DNA from: Mytilus californianus
Taxonomy: Eukaryota
DNA length: 64,000 bases
Direction: 5' to 3'
NCBI RefSeq assembly: GCF_021869535.1
Contig: NW_026262690.1
Span: 38,688,001-38,752,000 of the forward strand
In this document: piece by piece, positions 60,301-64,000 of the stretch
Position numbering within the stretch: position 1 is the stretch's first letter
Layout: the number at the start of each line of letters is the position of its first letter
The notes under the pieces: generated by a model
The model's input: the letters and a program-made list of their open reading frames with translations, nothing else
What the model was told of the DNA's origin: nothing
Databases searched by the model: none
Translations under genes and position numbers: made by a program

Positions 60301-63300
60301 ATACTATCCAGCAAAAAATTGTAAAAATGCTAAAAAATACTTATTGGAAAAGGTTTTCTTTTTTTTATTGTTTTAAACTAAATACTGACATTTCATATGA
60401 TATTGTTAATTTAGAATAATAAAGAAGAAAAAATAACTCGAGAATCCTGGATGATGGAGCTACCTTCTGCTGAGCTAAATCAGAGTTTAGGTTTACAGGC
60501 TCGCACCTTCCGAGCAAAAGCTGGCCCAGATATGTCAGATAGATCAGGATGGACTGATACTCCAGCAGACAGGGAAAAGAAAGCAAAAGTAAAAAAGATA
60601 TCTGAAACATTATTTATTTGAAAGTAGTATACATATATATAATATATAAGTCTAAATTGAAAACAACGTTCAAACCTATGATATATATATGTCTCTGCCA
60701 TATTTTACAACTAAAGAGTAAATTTTATGGTGGTGCTTTGTTCCAAATTAATATCATAAATGTCCTTTGATTGAAATTGTCGCTTATAGTTCATCATATT
60801 TGCCCATATTTCCAACACAGCTAAAGCATTTATTTTATTACTAAATATTAACTATTGAAATTTTACGAAATTGATTTTATAATATTCTTCTATCACAAGC
60901 TTTATTAATAGTGATGTACAAATGTATATAGTAAAATACTTTGCAGTGACATTACTTAAAGTAAGCATCATTTAACATTTATAACTCATTGATTTTTTTC
61001 TCACTTCCTACAAAGTCAGTGGAAACATTTTATGATAATTAATAACTACATGTACATTTCCAGGAAGAAGCAAGCAGAAAACGTCCACATGATGATGTTA
61101 GACAGTCAGAAAGTGATAAACAGAGGTCTAAAGAAATAAAAAAATATAATGTAAGCTGTATAAACAAACCCCCATCTCTCTTGATAACAGCAGGTTAGAA
61201 GAAAAAAAGTTCTGGTATATTTGACAATCCTTTCATTCATTGATGTGACTGATTCAGAGATGTTTAAAATTTTACTACAGGTACATTTATTTTATGAGGT
61301 CCTACATAAACCATGGATTTTGAAGTGATCATCTACACATGAATATACTTTTAAATATATGCATGAAAGAACAATTTTTTATATATCATAGAGACTTTAA
61401 TTTCCATATATGAAAATTGCATTACCAGGCATAATAATATTAAATACTGAAAAAACAAACATTTTGGAAAATTGGTTTTCGGTTGGTAGCTTGACTTTCC
61501 CTTTCTTGATTGAATTAAAACTTATACAGATGGAAGATATATGTACATAAATATATCAGAGATGTGCGTATAATACTGATTCAGTATCGTGAAATTAAAC
61601 AATGTATGATCAAAATTACAAGCTGTTGAACTGATATGAATTGTCCCAAATCTCTTTGCAGTTTGTAAATACAACTTTTCATACTGTAACTTGCAACCTA
61701 GAACTTTTTGTATTGCTTGTTATCTGTACACATACCAAAGGTAGGCGTATTAGAGAAAAACACACATTTTATTTTTAACTCAAGTAATTGGGGCCAATTA
61801 TTTGATTCACTATGATATTCAAATATTATAATTGTTTATGATATTTTAAAAGTTCTTTTTAATTTTAGATTTATGATAATTATTTATTATGTGTAAATCA
61901 TATTTCTGTAGTTATTAGCTGATTTATACATTTCTGAAGAGTTGATTAATTTTTTTCAAGTTCACTTGATCTCAGTGCTTAATTGTTCGAAACTAATAAT
62001 GACATCAAAGTTTCTTAATTTTATCTGATTTCACTTTTGAATTCACTAAAAAAAGTTGACCATGATGAAAGAAATACAATTTTTTGGAAGACGTTTGCCG
62101 TCCCATTGTCTTAAAACCATTAGAGCTCAGGCAATACGATAATTTCTTTTGCTAGTCTATATTTATCATATGTCATTAATATTATTTATATATCTTAAAT
62201 AGTTTTATTATATCAAAATTGTTGATTATTTTTAAAATAATTTGCATATAATGATTTTATTATTATGATCATACAATGATGATTATAATATTCTTTTTTT
62301 ATTTAATAAAGAATATTTATTGCATATTAAAAATACTATATTACTATTCTCATATGACTCTCTTTAAACACTTAGAGTCTGCACTGGTGGTAAAATACGA
62401 ATATATTGTATAATTGGGCTGTTCCAATCATACCCCCATGTCTTAGGCTTTAATGAATGAGTTACACCAGTTGATCTGAGTCAAAGCGGTGTTAATGTCA
62501 TCATTAAACGTAGCTATTGCTTGACGTAAAAGATTTGGCATAAAGGGCCAACCAGTGGTAAAATCAGTATAAATTTAAGCTCCCAGGAATTATTTCTTAA
62601 TACTGGTAATGTGTCAAATCCTGAATTATGACATGGATTGATGATACAACATAAGAATGTACAAATATTATTTTAATTTACAGAAGTCAAATAGGCCAGA
62701 GTCATTGTTAGAAATGCATCAAAAAGAACTAAAGAAGAACAAGGTATACTTGACTTTTAATGTAAGACCAGTTTTATAAAACCTGTCCTTTATTACCAAT
62801 AGCTGATTACTGTTTACAGCTCTTTTCTTAATGCTAGCAAGACAAAGGTTTGTTTGACTTGCTTGATTTGTTTGTAAAAATGTTTGCTCAAGTATTGTAA
62901 TTAAGATTGACATTTGCAAACAATATAAGTAGGTGGAGTTAAACCTGTGTATAGGTAAATTTGACTATTTGATAATGTCCAATCAAATTTAAATATAATG
63001 TATACAAGTTTAAATCCACCTTTTTATGTTGTTTTCAGATGTCAATCTTAATTACAATGCTTGAGCAAACATTGATACAAACAAAGCAAGCAAGCCAAAC
63101 AAACCTTTGTCTTGCTAGCATTATGAAAAGAGCTGTAATGATGCCCAAGAGTCTAGCTACATTTTGCCACTATTTAGTTTTTATATCTGATGATTATTAC
63201 ATTTTGAGGTTCAATTTTAAATATCACATTAACTTCAGATTCTTTAAAAATGTATACCATTTATACCATATAATGAAAAAAGCAATATTATCAGTTTAAT

Positions 63301-63902
63301 GTTTACCCAAACATTAAATTATGGTATGTGAGTCCAGTTTAAAGAAAAAAATTGTTATCTATTGAATATTAATGTAAAATGAAGAAGAATGAAAATATTG
63401 GATGATAGCTTGAAGATTAGAGATAATTTTTACTATATATAAATAAGGTCATGTGGTATGATTGTTAATGAGACAACTATCCTCCAAAAACCAAAGGACT
63501 CAATGTAAACAACTGAATGCAAACAACTGCAGGTCACCATATGGACCTTGACTATGAGCATAACTTATACCATATAGTAAGTTATATAAGACCCAAGGAT
63601 GGTAACATGTGAAACAAACCAAAAGGGAAAACTAATGGCCTGGTTTAAACTAATAACATTAAACAAGCAGAGGGCAACTACATGTATTAAAGTTATCTGT
63701 AAGTTTCAAGTTCCTTTTCTATAACATTTATCTTATTTCTTTCTAGAAAAAGACTGAGGACAAACCAGCAGAAAGAAGACCATTTGACAGGGAATTGGAT
63801 CTACAAGTGAATAAATTTGATGATGCACAGAGAAAAGCTATAATTAAAAAATCACAGAAATTAGACAGTAGATTTTCTCAAGGTGGCTCACAATTTTTAT
63901 AA
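54306..63902 (+). CDS. GPALPP1: GPALPP motifs-containing protein 1 (DUF3752), 6 exons, 341 aa
   Basis: Exons 54306-54342, 57473-57984, 60415-60588, 61064-61150, 62684-62743, 63747-63902 (1026 nt); GPxLPP repeats, RESWMMELP, WTDTPADREKKAK, RPFDRELDLQVNKFDDAQRKAIIKKSQKLDSRFS. Confidence 0.96.
54726..55077. repeat. 39-bp tandem repeat, 9 copies
   Basis: Unit tgatgcgtctaaacaaagttttgcaaaagcttactattc. Confidence 0.97.
55145..55745 (-). pseudogene. Decayed Ty3/Gypsy pol fragment (RT to RNase H)
   Basis: Frameshifted CHAYLDDVCVLG, VWDRFRKYNLKLKPKKCSLFQQKVKFLG, YILDTDASNDTIGAELCQVQDG. Confidence 0.85.
55750..56140 (+). mobile_element. 3'-end fragment of a LINE (ORF2 C-terminus and 3' UTR)
   Basis: DVYRNSFFLRTIMEWDTLPAKVAESESFEDF, typical SFFPRT..WN.LP terminus. 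Confidence 0.7.
57473..57984 (+). CDS. GPALPP1: GPALPP1 exon 2
   Basis: Multiple GPxLPP motifs, IGPMP, EIESRARQMRDRL. Confidence 0.95.
59095..59745 (+). mobile_element. HINE-like element with ~161-bp tandem core
   Basis: tttttatacgcc start, gtcc remnant, ggggattttccagttttcggacaataactc units at ~59300, 59460, 59622. Confidence 0.6.
60415..60588 (+). CDS. GPALPP1: GPALPP1 exon 3
   Basis: RESWMMELP...WTDTPADREKKAK. Confidence 0.95.
61064..61150 (+). CDS. GPALPP1: GPALPP1 exon 4
   Basis: EEASRKRPHDD...IKKYN|gtaagc. Confidence 0.9.
62684..62743 (+). CDS. GPALPP1: GPALPP1 exon 5
   Basis: KSNRPESLLEMHQKELKKNK. Confidence 0.92.
62814..63138. repeat. ~325-bp imperfect palindrome (foldback)
   Basis: ~105-bp outer arms plus inner arms 62931-62953/63001-63021 around a ~47-nt loop. 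Confidence 0.85.
63747..63902 (+). CDS. GPALPP1: GPALPP1 terminal exon
   Basis: RRPFDRELDLQVNKFDD...GSQFL*. Confidence 0.96.
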   Translation, partial: KKTEDKPAERRPFDRELDLQVNKFDDAQRKAIIKKSQKLDSRFSQGGSQFL

Positions 63903-64000
63903 AAACTTTCACAGAAAAAAACTTTCATTGTATAAGGACATTGAATACATATTAAATTATTTATAAATATGATTGATATATTTATAGCTTTTTTGTACAG

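Noticed and set aside
63134-63200. Possible C/D box snoRNA (ATGATGC...CTGA with gtaat/attac ends)
   Set aside because: Imperfect C box, overlaps the foldback arm, no recognisable rRNA guide
62719-63299. Two near-identical ORFs on opposite strands (MSILIT...EQT...QASQTNLCLASI)
   Set aside because: Explained by the DNA foldback; no independent coding evidence

Overview
AT-rich eukaryotic (animal) genomic DNA, most likely a bivalve mollusc such as a Mytilus mussel (inferred from the dispersed repeat families, not proven). Four spliced protein-coding genes lie in two head-to-head pairs. The first pair is an RFX winged-helix transcription factor with RFX8-like signatures (minus strand, runs off the window start) and protoporphyrinogen oxidase PPOX (plus strand, 11 coding exons, 488 aa). 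The second pair is parvulin PIN4 (minus, 3 exons, 129 aa) and GPALPP1 (plus, 6 exons, 341 aa, first intron GC-AG). Introns are packed with mobile DNA. The largest element is a 5'-truncated CR1/L2-type LINE with an uninterrupted 1152-aa ORF2 (signal-like N-terminus, 2A/StopGo-like [11 protein letters not shown] finger, APE, RT) and an SGNH-esterase ORF1 remnant, nested inside a TIR-bounded MITE. Other elements include a Mutator-type MITE with a perfect 9-bp TSD, Tc1/mariner-type MITEs, hAT relics, many Helentron-associated (HINE-like) elements, a Gypsy pol relic and two VNTRs. The most notable non-coding finds are a ~420-bp direct-repeat-bounded element in PPOX intron 8 carrying a minimal type I hammerhead ribozyme (retrozyme/Penelope-like) and a ~325-bp foldback in the last GPALPP1 intron. 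No CRISPR, rRNA or bona fide tRNA genes were seen. Exon coordinates were derived by hand.
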